Assembly (NCBI GenBank): GCA_047601445.1
Contig: JASGJH010000001.1
Coordinates: forward strand, 448,001 to 512,000
Length of the DNA stretch: 64,000 nucleotides
Reading direction: 5' to 3'
Origin: Myxococcales bacterium
GTDB lineage: Bacteria; Myxococcota_A; Polyangia; Polyangiales; DASUME01
Shown here one piece after another: positions 41,785-52,445 of the stretch. Below the pieces are notes generated by a model that saw only the letters and a list, made by a program, of their open reading frames with translations, did not search any database and was not told where the DNA came from. The number at the start of each line of letters is the position of its first letter. Positions within the stretch are counted from its first letter, which is position 1. The translations under genes were made by a program, and so were the position numbers.

Positions 41785-43179
41785 ATGTTCCGCGGGCGCG
41801 TTCGCTCCATCCATTTCGTGGGCATCGGGGGTATCGGCATGAGCGGTATCGCCGAGGTGCTCTTGGCCCATGGTTTCGAGGTATCCGGCTCGGACATGCG
41901 CGAGTCCGACGTGGTCTCGCGTCTACGCTCCCTGGGGGCCACCGTGCACGTGGGGCATCGCGCCGAGAACGTCACGCGCGCCGACGTGGTGGTGTTCTCC
42001 TCGGCCGTCAAGCGCGACAACCCCGAGCTCGTGGTGGCCCGTCAACAGGCCATCCCCGTGATCCCGCGCGCCGAGATGCTGGCCGAGTTGATGCGCCTCA
42101 AGGACGGCATCGCCATCGCCGGCTCCCACGGCAAGACCACGACCACCTCCCTGGTGGCGACCGTGCTGCGCGAGGCGGGTCTCGATCCCACGGTGATCAT
42201 CGGGGGCAAGCTCAACGCCCTCGGCACCAATGCCGCGCGCGGCGCGGGAAACCTACTGGTGGCCGAGGCCGACGAGTCCGACGGCTCTTTCCTGCACCTC
42301 ACGCCTACCATCGCCACCATCACCAACATCGACGCCGAACACCTCGACCACTACGGCGACCACGCCCGGGTGAAGGATGCCTTCGTGAGCTTCGCCAACC
42401 GCGTGCCTTTCTACGGCGTCGTGGTGGCCTGTTTGGATCACCCGCACGTGCAGGACATCCTGCCGCGCATCGAAAAGCGCGTGGCCACCTATGGCTTCTC
42501 CGTGCAGGCCGACTACCGGGCGCGCAATCCCGAGGTCAAGGGGCTCACCACATCCTTCGAGGTGATCCGGCGCGGCGACTCGCTCGGCCAGTTCGAGGTG
42601 CGCATGCCGGGCATCCACAACGTACTCAACTCGCTGGCGACCATCGCGGTGGCCGACGAGCTTTCGGTAGACCACGCCAAGATCAAGAGCGCCCTCGCGA
42701 GCTTCACCGGAGTGCAGCGCCGCTTCACCATCGTGGGCGAGCACGCGGGCGTCACAATCGTGGATGATTACGGGCACCATCCGGCCGAAGTTCAGGCGAC
42801 GCTCGAGGCTGCCCAGCGCGCCTATGGACGGCGCTTGTTGGTGGCCTTCCAACCCCATCGCTACAGCCGCACGCAGCATTGCTTCGACGAGCTCACGCGG
42901 GCCTTCAACCGCGCCGACGTGCTCTTCTTGACCGACGTCTACGCCGCCGGCGAGGAGCCCATCGAGGGAGCCGACAGCGCCCACCTCACCCAGGCCATTC
43001 GTGCGCACGGCCATCGCGACGTGACTCTGGTACCGCAGGTCTCCGATCTGGTGCAGGCACTGGCCGACCGTGTTCAGCCCGGGGACATCGTCATCACCAT
43101 GGGCGCGGGCAACATCACGCGTATCGGGCGCGATCTCCTGGCGCATCTCAATCAAGCGGAGTCGGGTCGTGCCCCCTGA
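41785..43179 (+). CDS. murC: UDP-MurNAc:L-Ala ligase
   Basis: [41 protein letters not shown]. Confidence 0.97.
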   Translation: MFRGRVRSIHFVGIGGIGMSGIAEVLLAHGFEVSGSDMRESDVVSRLRSLGATVHVGHRAENVTRADVVVFSSAVKRDNPELVVARQQAIPVIPRAEMLAELMRLKDGIAIAGSHGKTTTTSLVATVLREAGLDPTVIIGGKLNALGTNAARGAGNLLVAEADESDGSFLHLTPTIATITNIDAEHLDHYGDHARVKDAFVSFANRVPFYGVVVACLDHPHVQDILPRIEKRVATYGFSVQADYRARNPEVKGLTTSFEVIRRGDSLGQFEVRMPGIHNVLNSLATIAVADELSVDHAKIKSALASFTGVQRRFTIVGEHAGVTIVDDYGHHPAEVQATLEAAQRAYGRRLLVAFQPHRYSRTQHCFDELTRAFNRADVLFLTDVYAAGEEPIEGADSAHLTQAIRAHGHRDVTLVPQVSDLVQALADRVQPGDIVITMGAGNITRIGRDLLAHLNQAESGRAP

Positions 43180-44110
43180 AGTCCGCACCGAGGCCTCCAA
43201 GCCCAAGAACCGGCGCGTACCCAAGCCAAAGCCCGCCGCCACCGAGAAGCTCGTGGCGCGCTCGAGCGGTGCCTGGGTTGGTCTCCAGCGTGTGGGCGCT
43301 CGGCTCAAGCGACCCGGCATCATCGTGCTGCGGGTGCTGGGCGGAGTCGTGGCCGTGGCAGGCTTGTGGTCCGTCGGGCGGCTCCTGCAGCACCACCTGA
43401 CCAACTCGCCCGCGTTCGCCATCGAGACCATCGAGATCGAGGGCACGTCCCGGGTCGAGCGGGCGGAGCTCCTGGAGGCCGCGGGCATCGACCTGGGCAA
43501 GAACGTGTTCGCACTGAGCCCGGAGGCGGTCCGCACGCGCCTGCTCGCCCATCCATGGCTCTCCGAGGTCAGCGTGACCCGCAAGCTGCCAGGGCGCTTC
43601 GACATCAAGGTCCGCGAGCGGGAGCCGGTGGCTCTCCTGTTGGTGGAGGCGTGTGCCCCGGAGCAGGGGCAAAGCGAAGATCCCCTGTGCGACGAGCCGA
43701 GCTCGCTGTATTTGGTGAGCGAACAGGGCCATGTGTTCAAGCGCCTGGAGGGCGAAGACCCGGTGGACCTGCCCGTGATCACCGGCGCGGACCGCAAGCG
43801 CTTCGGCGCGGAGCCGGAATTTCAGCAGGGCGTACTGCTCGAGGCGGTGGCGCTCTTGTCCGCCTATCGCAGCGCCGGGCTTGCGCAGCGCCTGCCGATC
43901 GGCGAGGTGCACATCGAGAACAACGACGCGCTCTCGGTGTATGTCGGCGAAGAGCTCACGCTCGTACGTCTAGGACATTCTCCGTTCGATCAGAAACTTC
44001 GCAGAATGAAGAAGGTTTTCGATCGGCTCGAACACGAGCACGCCAGCGCGGAGTACGTCTACCTCGACAACGAGCGGCGACCGGACCGCGTAACCGTACG
44101 TCTGCGCTGA
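43169..44110 (+). CDS. ftsQ: Cell division protein FtsQ
   Basis: Basic N-tail, TM, POTRA (HPW...V.RKLP), EREPVA, LPVITG; precedes ftsA; GTG start inferred. Confidence 0.87.
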   Translation: MPPEVRTEASKPKNRRVPKPKPAATEKLVARSSGAWVGLQRVGARLKRPGIIVLRVLGGVVAVAGLWSVGRLLQHHLTNSPAFAIETIEIEGTSRVERAELLEAAGIDLGKNVFALSPEAVRTRLLAHPWLSEVSVTRKLPGRFDIKVREREPVALLLVEACAPEQGQSEDPLCDEPSSLYLVSEQGHVFKRLEGEDPVDLPVITGADRKRFGAEPEFQQGVLLEAVALLSAYRSAGLAQRLPIGEVHIENNDALSVYVGEELTLVRLGHSPFDQKLRRMKKVFDRLEHEHASAEYVYLDNERRPDRVTVRLR

Positions 44111-44206
44111 GTTCTTGCGCGACGAAATGCTGCACATTTTTTGTTGTCTCGATCCGGGCTGTGTATTGGTCAGAGCACGCACCGTTCAAACCGGAGCAGA
44201 GCGAGA

Positions 44207-45457
44207 ATGGCCGAGAGCGTGTTCACCGATAACGAAGTCATTGCCGGACTCGACCTGGGATCGACCAAGGTCAGTGTGATCGTGGCCGAACAGACCGATG
44301 ATGGGGTGGACATCATCGGGATTGGCTCGGTCCCCTGCGCGGGACTCAAGAAGGGCGTGGTCGTCAACATCGACGCCACGGTGCGCGCCATCAAGGCCGC
44401 CATCGAGCAGGCCGAGACCATGTCGGGCGTGAAGATCAACACGGTCTACGCCGGCATCGCAGGCAGCCACGTGACTGGCATGAACAAGGAAGGCGTGGCC
44501 GCCATCGCCAACCGCGAGGTCGCCCAGTCCGACGTCGAGCGCGTGCTGGAGCAGGCCAAGGCCATCCCGCTGCCCGGCGACCGCCAAGTGCTGCACGTGC
44601 TGCCCCAGGAGTACATCGTGGACGGCCACGACGGCATCCCCGAGCCCATCGGCATGAGCGGCGTACGTCTCGAGGCGCGCTGCCACCTCGTGACCGCGGC
44701 CAGCCACGCGGTCGAGAACATCATCAAGTGCGCGGAGCGGGTGAACCTGCACGTGGCCGAGGTGGTGCTCGAACCCCTGGCCAGCGCCTCCGCGGTGCTC
44801 TCGCCGGACGAGCGCGAGATCGGCGCCGTGCTGATCGACATCGGCGGCGGCACCACCGATGTCATCATCTACGTGGACGGGGCCGTGGTGCACACCAGCG
44901 TCATCCCCATCGGCGGCATCAATCTCACCAACGACGTGGCCTCGGGCTTGCGTACCCCGGTGGCCGAGGCCGAGCGCATCAAGATCAAGTACGGCTGCGC
45001 GATGACTTCCATGGTCGACGACGAAGAGACCATCGAGGTGCCCTCCGTGGGCGGCCGCGGTCCGCGCGTCCTGCCGCGCCGCGTGCTGGCCGAAATCATC
45101 GAGCCGCGCGTGGAGGAGATCTTCCACGCGGTTCGCCATGTGGTCCACGAGAGTGGCTACGTGGACCTACTTTCCTCCGGCGCCGTGCTCACGGGCGGCG
45201 CCACCATGCTCGACGGCATCGCCGAGATGGCGGAACAGGTGATCGGCCTGCCGGTGCGTCGCGGTGGTCCGCAGGGCGTGGGTGGCTTGGTCGACGTGGT
45301 GAAGAGTCCCGCCTACGCCACGGGCGTGGGGCTGGTGAAGTACGGCGCGGATCAGCTGCGTCAGACCCGCGTGGTGCACGAGGTGGCGTCCGAGATGGTG
45401 CCGCCCCGTCGCAGCGTGGGTGGGCGCATCGGTCAATGGTTCCGGGAAGTGTTCTGA
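44207..45457 (+). CDS. ftsA: Cell division protein FtsA
   Basis: GLDLGSTK, GLKKGVVVNI, DIGGGTTD, AERIK, LTGG, terminal WFREVF amphipathic helix. Confidence 0.97.
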   Translation: MAESVFTDNEVIAGLDLGSTKVSVIVAEQTDDGVDIIGIGSVPCAGLKKGVVVNIDATVRAIKAAIEQAETMSGVKINTVYAGIAGSHVTGMNKEGVAAIANREVAQSDVERVLEQAKAIPLPGDRQVLHVLPQEYIVDGHDGIPEPIGMSGVRLEARCHLVTAASHAVENIIKCAERVNLHVAEVVLEPLASASAVLSPDEREIGAVLIDIGGGTTDVIIYVDGAVVHTSVIPIGGINLTNDVASGLRTPVAEAERIKIKYGCAMTSMVDDEETIEVPSVGGRGPRVLPRRVLAEIIEPRVEEIFHAVRHVVHESGYVDLLSSGAVLTGGATMLDGIAEMAEQVIGLPVRRGGPQGVGGLVDVVKSPAYATGVGLVKYGADQLRQTRVVHEVASEMVPPRRSVGGRIGQWFREVF

Positions 45458-45593
45458 GCGGCAAAAAGGTTCTGAATCGGTTCGTTGGGGGGCATCCCGA
45501 CAAGCGGTTCGAAAAAGTGATCGTCGAGCGAAGGGCAAATCGCGGAGCGGTCGGGTGTTATGAGGAAGGGCAAAAGGCCCTGGGAGGTCCTCG

Positions 45594-46886
45594 ATGGGTA
45601 TCTCGTTTGAATTCGACGCGGATGCAGAGCTTCAGGCACGCATCAAGGTAGTGGGCGTAGGCGGCGGTGGCGGCAACGCCCTCAACACCATGATCCAGAG
45701 TGATCTGGAGGGCGTTGAGTTCATCGCGGCGAACACCGATGCACAGGCGCTGCCCAACAACCTGGCTCCGCTCAAGATCCAGCTCGGTCCGCAGCTGACC
45801 AAGGGCCTGGGCGCCGGCGGCAACCCCGACGTGGGCCGCAAGTCTGCCCTCGAGGACGTGCAGCGCATCCAGGAAGCCCTCGCGGGCGCCGACATGGTGT
45901 TCGTCACGGCCGGCATGGGCGGTGGCACGGGCACGGGCGCAGCCCCCGTGGTGGCGCAGATCGCGCGCGACATGGGTGCGCTCACGGTGGCTGTGGTCAC
46001 CAAGCCGTTCAACTTCGAGGGGCGTCGCCGCCTGCGCAACGCCGAGCTCGGCATCCAGGAACTCGGGGCCGCGGTCGACACCATCATCACCATCCCCAAC
46101 CAGAAGCTGCTCACCATCGCGGGCGACGACATGTCCATGTTGGAGGCCTTCCAGCGCGCCGACGACGTGCTCCTGCAGGCGGTTCGCGGCATCAGCGATC
46201 TCATCGTGCATCCCGGCCTCATCAACGTGGACTTCGCCGACGTGAAGACCATCATGAGCAACATGGGGCGCGCGCTCATGGGCACCGGCTACGGCAAGGG
46301 CAAGGACCGCGCCCTCGACGCTGCTCGCATGGCCATCTCGAGCCCCTTGCTCGACGACGTCGCCGTGCACGGCGCCACCGGCATCCTGCTCAACTTCACG
46401 GCCGGACCGGACGTGCGCCTGAGCGAGATCGAGAACGCTGCCAGCCTCGTGCAGGAGTCCGCCCACGAAGATGCCAACATCATCTTCGGCGTGGTGACGG
46501 ATGCCAGCATGGGTGACATGGTGAAGGTCACCGTCATCGCCACCGGCTTCGACAGCGAAATCCAGCCCGTGGCCGAGATGCGCCCGAACCGCGCGGCCCT
46601 GCCCAGCGCACCGCCGGTTCACCGTCCCTCCATGCAGCCCCAGGCCGTGCGCAACGCCCTGCAGATGCGTCCGCAAGAGACGCGCAGCACCTCCTACGCC
46701 TCGCAGGCGCCCAGCGCGCGCGGCGGCGTCAGCCAGCCGCCGCCCCGCATGAGCCAGCCGAACGCGGTGGAGCAGGCCGTGGTGGCCGCCGGACGTCCGA
46801 GCGGTTTCGGTGCGAGCGCCCTGCACGACGAGCGCGTGCTCGACATTCCGGCCTACCTGCGCCGCGGCAATAACCACCACGAGTGA
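45594..46886 (+). CDS. ftsZ: Cell division protein FtsZ
   Basis: GVGGGGGN, GMGGGTGTG, INVDFAD, C-terminal LDIPAYLRR. Confidence 0.98.
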   Translation: MGISFEFDADAELQARIKVVGVGGGGGNALNTMIQSDLEGVEFIAANTDAQALPNNLAPLKIQLGPQLTKGLGAGGNPDVGRKSALEDVQRIQEALAGADMVFVTAGMGGGTGTGAAPVVAQIARDMGALTVAVVTKPFNFEGRRRLRNAELGIQELGAAVDTIITIPNQKLLTIAGDDMSMLEAFQRADDVLLQAVRGISDLIVHPGLINVDFADVKTIMSNMGRALMGTGYGKGKDRALDAARMAISSPLLDDVAVHGATGILLNFTAGPDVRLSEIENAASLVQESAHEDANIIFGVVTDASMGDMVKVTVIATGFDSEIQPVAEMRPNRAALPSAPPVHRPSMQPQAVRNALQMRPQETRSTSYASQAPSARGGVSQPPPRMSQPNAVEQAVVAAGRPSGFGASALHDERVLDIPAYLRRGNNHHE

Positions 46887-46926
46887 TGGGCTTACGGCCC
46901 GGCGCGAGGCGGCCGGCCGTGTTTGA

Positions 46927-46969
46927 AAGAGAGGGCGCTGACGTCTGGGGGGACGCAGCGCCCTCTCTT
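46927..46969. terminator. Hairpin, likely bidirectional terminator between ftsZ and the convergent lipoprotein gene
   Basis: AAGAGAGGGCGCTG(a)CGTC-loop-GACGCAGCGCCCTCTCTT, 18-bp stem. Confidence 0.75.
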
Positions 46970-47005
46970 CAATTGTGGCGCACCGTCTGCGTTGGCGTGT
47001 GAGCC

Positions 47006-48223
47006 TCACTCGAGCGTGCTGCACGCGAGCAGGTCTCCGTCGTTGATACGGGCCGCGAGCTCGACCGAGTCGGCCTCGAAGACGCCGCCATAGGAGTTGT
47101 CGCCCGCCCCGTACTCGTAGGCCACGAAGGTGAGGCCGGTACTGGGCTCCGCGAAGCGCAGGTGATTGACCTCGCTCTGGTCCACCGAGGCCAGCGCGGA
47201 GGAAAGATCCACGACGTCCTCGTAGGCGACTTGCACCGCGGTCACGAGCTGACTTTGCTCGAGGGACGTCAGCTGCTCCGCATTGCCGGCATCCACCACC
47301 CTGGCCGATTGGAGCTCGAACGCGGGGTTGATCTTCAAGTCTCCATAGGTCTCGCCGAAGCGACAACGGCTGACGGCAACGTTGCACGCGGTTAGCTCAC
47401 CCGCGTCGATGCGGGTGGCAGCGTCCAGCTCACCGTCGGCGAAGATGGCGCCGAACGTGCGGTTCGCGAGCTGGTAGGTGAAGCCGCGGAAGCTGCGACC
47501 GGCGCGGTCGTCCCACACACGAAACCAGCGGACCAGACCCTGGTCCACACGCCTGAACAGACCGTCTGCAGACATCACTTCGGACGCAGGTGTATGGCTG
47601 GCCGAAAGCACGAGTTGTTGTGCCGCGAGCGGGTCGGGGAGCTGCGCAGCAGAGGCCACGCTCAAGACGGTCGAGGTCCTGAGCACACGGCCGATCTGGG
47701 AGATCTTGGTGCCGAACACGCAGGCCTCTGCCGGTTCGGGCAGGGGGCAACCGGATCCGTCGCACATGGCCTCGAGCACGTAGGGGCCGCGCAGCTGTCT
47801 GGTCTTGCCCTGGACCTCCACGCGATAACGTCCCCGCGGAAGGAGCCGCCGAAGCGCCGCGTAGGGCGTGTGCTCGTGGTCGTCGTTCCGCGCCACCAGA
47901 CGCTTCGCGCCCGACTTCACTCGATACAATGAGAGCACCGTGTCCAGATCCGGGCCAGTGCTGGAGCCCATGGTGGCCAGCCCGACCTCGCCCTCGGCCC
48001 CCAGCTCGAACTCGAAAGCGTGCACCGCGGCCGCCCGCGTGAGCTCGGCCTGAACCCGGGTGCCGAACCACAGTGGTCCCTGGAATGACGAGGGAGCGCG
48101 CAGGGCTTCTAGCGAGACTTCGGCGGGCCCCTCCACGGGTAACGGGTCATCGACTTCGAGCGAGCACGCCGAGAACACAAAGGATGCTGCCAGGAACCAT
48201 TCGAATGAAATCAGACGCTGCAT
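47006..48223 (-). CDS. Lipoprotein with a PPC-like domain and two tandem copies of an unknown ~114-aa domain
   Basis: Lipobox FSAC; PPC-like DTVLSLY..ARNDD..LP.GRY; internal duplication; GAGGAGG SD. Confidence 0.78.
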   Translation of the reverse strand: MQRLISFEWFLAASFVFSACSLEVDDPLPVEGPAEVSLEALRAPSSFQGPLWFGTRVQAELTRAAAVHAFEFELGAEGEVGLATMGSSTGPDLDTVLSLYRVKSGAKRLVARNDDHEHTPYAALRRLLPRGRYRVEVQGKTRQLRGPYVLEAMCDGSGCPLPEPAEACVFGTKISQIGRVLRTSTVLSVASAAQLPDPLAAQQLVLSASHTPASEVMSADGLFRRVDQGLVRWFRVWDDRAGRSFRGFTYQLANRTFGAIFADGELDAATRIDAGELTACNVAVSRCRFGETYGDLKINPAFELQSARVVDAGNAEQLTSLEQSQLVTAVQVAYEDVVDLSSALASVDQSEVNHLRFAEPSTGLTFVAYEYGAGDNSYGGVFEADSVELAARINDGDLLACSTLE

Positions 48224-48246
48224 GAGACCTCCTCGCGTCCGCAGCG

Positions 48247-48262
48247 AGCAGCAGTCGCGCCA
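48247..48262 (-). promoter_or_regulatory. Candidate sigma54 (-24/-12) promoter of the lipoprotein gene
   Basis: Minus strand TGGCGCG-ACTG-CTGCT versus consensus TGGCACG-N4-TTGCW, exact GG/GC spacing, 24 nt before the ATG. Confidence 0.62.
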
Positions 48263-48403
48263 TGCCGCAGGTGTCTGATCTCCAGGCCTTGGCGGCCTTC
48301 TTGCGCGTTTTCGCGCGCGTCCCCCGACGCCCGCCAGCTCGCGCCGTGCGCCCTTGCGCGCGGGATTCCTCGAAAATCGCTCAACCAGTTCTATGGTTCA
48401 TGC

Positions 48404-48982
48404 ATGGCCCAAGCATCGCCTGCGGTCCGCGCCGCAGCTCAACAGGACGCCCTCGAACAACTCGACAAGTTCGAGCCCGGTGCCAGGGCGCGCGTGCTCG
48501 AGCGGCTGCCCCCGGACACCCGCCAGATCATGTTGACGACTTCCCGCTCGGCCTGGGTCTCCATCGAGCACGATCACTACGCCGTCGACGTCATCGTGCG
48601 CCTGTTCGGGCCGAGCCGCGCGGTGCAGTACTGGCGCGGGGTCACCAATAGCCTCATCGAGCGCCCCATCCTCAAGAGCTTCGTGAGCGGCATGGTCAGC
48701 ATCTTCGGCGACGATCCGGGCCGCATCATCGGCATCCTTCCCAAGGGCTGGAGCCTCGTCTATCGCGACCTCTGCGAACCCGTGTGTTTGCGCGAAGGGG
48801 AGGGCAAGACGGTGCTGCGCTTCGAGAACCTGGTGCCCGAGGTCCGCATTTATTCGAACTACTTTCACTCGTGGCACGGCACCTGTCTCGGTGTAGCCGA
48901 CCTGGCGCGCATCAAGGGCAAGGTCACGTTCGACGTGGCGCCCGATCAGAGCGCGGCCACGGCCACCTTCTTTTGGACCTGA
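48404..48982 (+). CDS. Myxobacterial hypothetical protein (DUF2378/TIGR02265-like)
   Basis: Strong GC3 bias; RVLERLPP..W..W..VYRD..W pattern resembles that family (recognised by eye only). Confidence 0.6.
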   Translation: MAQASPAVRAAAQQDALEQLDKFEPGARARVLERLPPDTRQIMLTTSRSAWVSIEHDHYAVDVIVRLFGPSRAVQYWRGVTNSLIERPILKSFVSGMVSIFGDDPGRIIGILPKGWSLVYRDLCEPVCLREGEGKTVLRFENLVPEVRIYSNYFHSWHGTCLGVADLARIKGKVTFDVAPDQSAATATFFWT

Positions 48983-49103
48983 GCCCCGCCGTCACCTGAC
49001 CGAGCGCTCGCCACATCCGCGTGGCGATTCGGGGTGAGCTCGCGAAGCGAATCCTGCAACCCGCGTCACTCTTCGCGTTGCTACGACGAAAGGACTGCTC
49101 GCG

Positions 49104-49638
49104 ATGACTCGCTCTACGATTTCCCTGCTACTTACCGCTCTCTTGAGCTTTTTCGCCTTCGCCTGTGGCGGCGGACGCACTGGCAGCGCGGCCACCATGC
49201 CCGACGGACGTCGCATCGCCATCCTGGTCGTCCCCGACCGCAACCTCACCCCGGACATGAGCCCCGAGCGTGTGGAGCAAGTCAACGAGCTCGCCACCTG
49301 GATGGAAGGCGACCTGATCGACATCCTCAACAAGACCGGCTACCAGGCCACGCGCACCGAGGACTCGAGCGTGGAAGCGGGACCGGGGCGCTACGTGCTG
49401 AAGATCAAGAATCTCGAACTACAACGCAGGCAGCAAGGCGGCGCGCATGTTCGCGGGAGCCTTCGGCGCGGGCACGGCCAAGCTCGACACGCACTTCGAG
49501 CTCATTCGAGACGGCGGAGCGCTCGCGGCCTCGGGTGATCCGAGCGTGGCCACCGGACGCGACTGGACCAACGCCGCCCGCAAGGTGAACTTGCAGACGG
49601 TGGACACCGTGAACGCCCAGATTCACGCGGCTCCCTGA
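49104..49638 (+). pseudogene. Lipoprotein (DUF4410-like) split by a +1 frameshift at about 49410 (real lesion or sequencing error)
   Basis: Lipobox AFAC; deleting one A in AAGAATC gives KIKISNYNAGSKAARMFAG.., 177 aa. Confidence 0.75.
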
Positions 49639-49796
49639 GTAGCCGGCCAGGCGGGAAGGGCGCGTGCCCTCCCGGGCCGATGGGAGTTCGCGTCGTGAGG
49701 GTAGCGGAACCTCGCGGAGGGGTGGGCCCCAGGGCGGCTTCGAGCTGAGAGCGGATGCCGCGTGCCCTCGCGGAAAAAAGCCGGTATGCCTGGGGG

Positions 49797-50636
49797 ATGT
49801 TCAACGGCCTCGACCACGTCACCTTGGTCGTCCGCGACCTCGACCAAGCCTGCACCCACTACACGCATCTGTTCGGCAGACCCGCCGCCTGGCGAGGTGA
49901 ACATCCAGCCCTCGGCACCGAGGCCGCGCTGTTCACGCTCGCCAATACGGCCATCGAGCTACTCGCGCCCAAGTCCGAGGCACCCGAGTCCGAGGGCCTG
50001 CGCGAGCAGCTCCAGGTCCATGGCGAGGGCATCCTCTCGCTCACCTTTGGTGTCGACGACGCGACCCGGGCCCACCAGGAGCTGAGGGCGCGTGGCTTGC
50101 GCGTGGCTCCGCCCGAAGAAGGCAGCGCACGCGGACCCGACGGCGCCGAGCGCGTGTTTCGTACGCTGGAGGTCTCACGGCGCGCCACGCGCGGGATCAG
50201 CGTGTTCGGCGTGGAGCGTCCGGACGCTGCGCCATTGCGACGTACGGAGGCCGTGGCGGGAGACTGCGTGGATGCACTCGACCACGTGGCCACGCGCACC
50301 TCGAATCCCGACGCGGCCATCGCCCTCTACCAGCAGGGCTTCGGCATCCGCTTGGCGCTCGACGGCAACTTCGGTGCGTTGCGCATGCTCTTCTTCCGCA
50401 CCGGCGGCGTCACCCTGGAGTTCGTCTCCGATCCGAGCCTGGGTGAGGAGGACAAGTTCTACGGCTTGGCCTTTCGCGTCCGAGATATCGAGGCGGCCCA
50501 CGCGCGACTGTCCAGCCACGGTTTCAACCTGAATGCCGTCCGGCCCGGCACCAAGCCGGGCACCCACGTGTTCAGCGTGCGCAGCGAGACCCACGGCGTG
50601 CCTACCTTGATCATCCGCGACCCCGCGCGCGACTGA
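49797..50636 (+). CDS. VOC/glyoxalase family protein with two modules
   Basis: LDHVTLVVRDL..IELLAP and LDHVAT..LEFV..LAFRV..THGV. Confidence 0.87.
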   Translation: MFNGLDHVTLVVRDLDQACTHYTHLFGRPAAWRGEHPALGTEAALFTLANTAIELLAPKSEAPESEGLREQLQVHGEGILSLTFGVDDATRAHQELRARGLRVAPPEEGSARGPDGAERVFRTLEVSRRATRGISVFGVERPDAAPLRRTEAVAGDCVDALDHVATRTSNPDAAIALYQQGFGIRLALDGNFGALRMLFFRTGGVTLEFVSDPSLGEEDKFYGLAFRVRDIEAAHARLSSHGFNLNAVRPGTKPGTHVFSVRSETHGVPTLIIRDPARD

Positions 50637-50642
50637 CGCCGC

Positions 50643-52445
50643 TCAGCGCAGACCAAGCACGCTGAGCGCGGCCAGCAGCACTGCGAGCAGGGCTTCTCCC
50701 GCGATGGCTCCGCCCGCCATCGAGGGCAAAAACTCTTCGCTGAAGGCCGGGCGCTTCTTCGCGAGAAGCCCAGCGGCGAAGCCGCCCAGACAGACGGTGA
50801 CGCACATGGCGGGGGGCAGAAAAAAACCGATGCCGAGGGCCACTGGCGAGGGGGCGAAGCGGTTGCCGGCGCGCCCGAGCCACGTGAATAGGATGCCCAA
50901 CGCGAAAGCTATCAAGGCGGCCTTGCCGGCAAATGGAGGCATGCCCGCCCCGCCGGTCACGGCTTCGGCCGTCACCGTCCAAGACAGCACGCCGGCCGAG
51001 GGGATCTGCGGGGAACCCAGCCCATAGACTTGGATCAGCAGCGCGTAGACCGGTACCACGACCAGTGCACCGACCACGGCCCCAATGATCTGCGCCCAGA
51101 CCTGCGCGCGCAGAGAGGCCCCCACGCGCAGCCCGCTCTTCATCGCCCACAATGCCCCCGCCACCTGGCATGAAACGCCAGCAGTGAGGGCGCCTGAGGC
51201 GAGCGATGTGACCACGCTTGGTCTGCCGAACAGCATTTGACTGATCCCGCCGACGGTACCAGCGGGGGCCGTGTCGGTTTCACCGGCCGCGCGTGCGCAG
51301 ACGGCAGCGAGCACCATGGTGCCGAGCACTACGAGCAGCGTCTTGCCCGGCGTCATCTCGAACAGGACGTATGCGAGTGCGAGCACGGCCGACGTGCCGA
51401 GGCCGATGAGGACGAGAGAAATGCCCAGCTGCTCGCCGCCCGTTCGGTTTGCGTCCCGGGCGCGCAGCTTGGTCAGGTCTTGAAGTGCGCCGAGTGTGGA
51501 ACGCCAGTCCAAGCCTAGCGAGGTGAACGAACTAGCGACGACCATCGCTGTCCCGGGCCACATGAGCCAGTTCGTCGCGCGCTCCAGGTGCGTCGCATCG
51601 ATGGTACCGAACCGAACTAGCTGGGGAACCAACAGCAGCCATCCGAGCAGCGAGCCGAGTAGCATGTCGAAGCCCCCGCGGGCACCGATCATGAGGCCCG
51701 TGGAGAGCACCAGTGGACTGAGGCTCACCCCCATCGACAACGCGGCCAAAGAGACCCCTGCGATCGCGCCGGGGAAAAACCAGTCGAGCGGAAACGCGTG
51801 GAGCACGTCACGAGCAAGCGTGATCAGCGCGGCGACGGCGCCTGCCAGCATGAGCAGACGGGCCCGCCGCAGCGCGGCACTCGCGCCCTGATGCATCGCG
51901 ACGATGAGCTCGCCGGCCGCCTTTCCAGTCGGAAAGGGCAGGTTGTCCGTGATCAAGAGACGGGTTCGCAGGAGCAGCGCCACCCCCACGCCCAGCAGGG
52001 CCAGGGCGATTCCCCAGCACATCAGCCCCCACCACGGATAGGTGTGGCCAAGCATCAGAAGCCCTGGGATGGCCCCCACCAGACCGGCCGTGAAGGACAT
52101 CAATGCCGCCGAGGACGCGATAGCCTGCGTGATGTTGTTTTCGCGCTCGGTGTATCCGTGGCGCGGCCGCAGCACCGCAAACAGCGCAAAGCTGAGCGCC
52201 GAGGCCACGATGTTGCCGCCATCCATGTAGCCGATGCTGAGGCACGCGTAGGTGTTGGCCGCCGCCAGGAGCGCACCGAGGACCACGCCGACGACCACCG
52301 CTCGCACACTGAGCTCGGTGGTCTCCTCGCGGGCGGTCGCGGTCGGCGCGTGCTGCGACGCAGGTTTCGTAACGGGGTGTCCCGCGGCCGCTGGCGGGCG
52401 GAGGCTGGGAGGAACTGCAGCTGGTTCGAGATCTAGACCGCTCAC
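50643..52445 (-). CDS. OPT/YSL family oligopeptide transporter
   Basis: ELSVRAVVVG, ENNITQAIASS, LPFPTGKA, AGETD, K.G..VGA; many TMs. Confidence 0.9.
   Translation of the reverse strand: MSGLDLEPAAVPPSLRPPAAAGHPVTKPASQHAPTATAREETTELSVRAVVVGVVLGALLAAANTYACLSIGYMDGGNIVASALSFALFAVLRPRHGYTERENNITQAIASSAALMSFTAGLVGAIPGLLMLGHTYPWWGLMCWGIALALLGVGVALLLRTRLLITDNLPFPTGKAAGELIVAMHQGASAALRRARLLMLAGAVAALITLARDVLHAFPLDWFFPGAIAGVSLAALSMGVSLSPLVLSTGLMIGARGGFDMLLGSLLGWLLLVPQLVRFGTIDATHLERATNWLMWPGTAMVVASSFTSLGLDWRSTLGALQDLTKLRARDANRTGGEQLGISLVLIGLGTSAVLALAYVLFEMTPGKTLLVVLGTMVLAAVCARAAGETDTAPAGTVGGISQMLFGRPSVVTSLASGALTAGVSCQVAGALWAMKSGLRVGASLRAQVWAQIIGAVVGALVVVPVYALLIQVYGLGSPQIPSAGVLSWTVTAEAVTGGAGMPPFAGKAALIAFALGILFTWLGRAGNRFAPSPVALGIGFFLPPAMCVTVCLGGFAAGLLAKKRPAFSEEFLPSMAGGAIAGEALLAVLLAALSVLGLR

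Noticed and set aside
45525..45590. Twice-repeated GAAGGGCAAA before ftsZ as a c-di-GMP-I riboswitch
   Set aside because: No GNRA tetraloop/receptor stems; too short to support a call.
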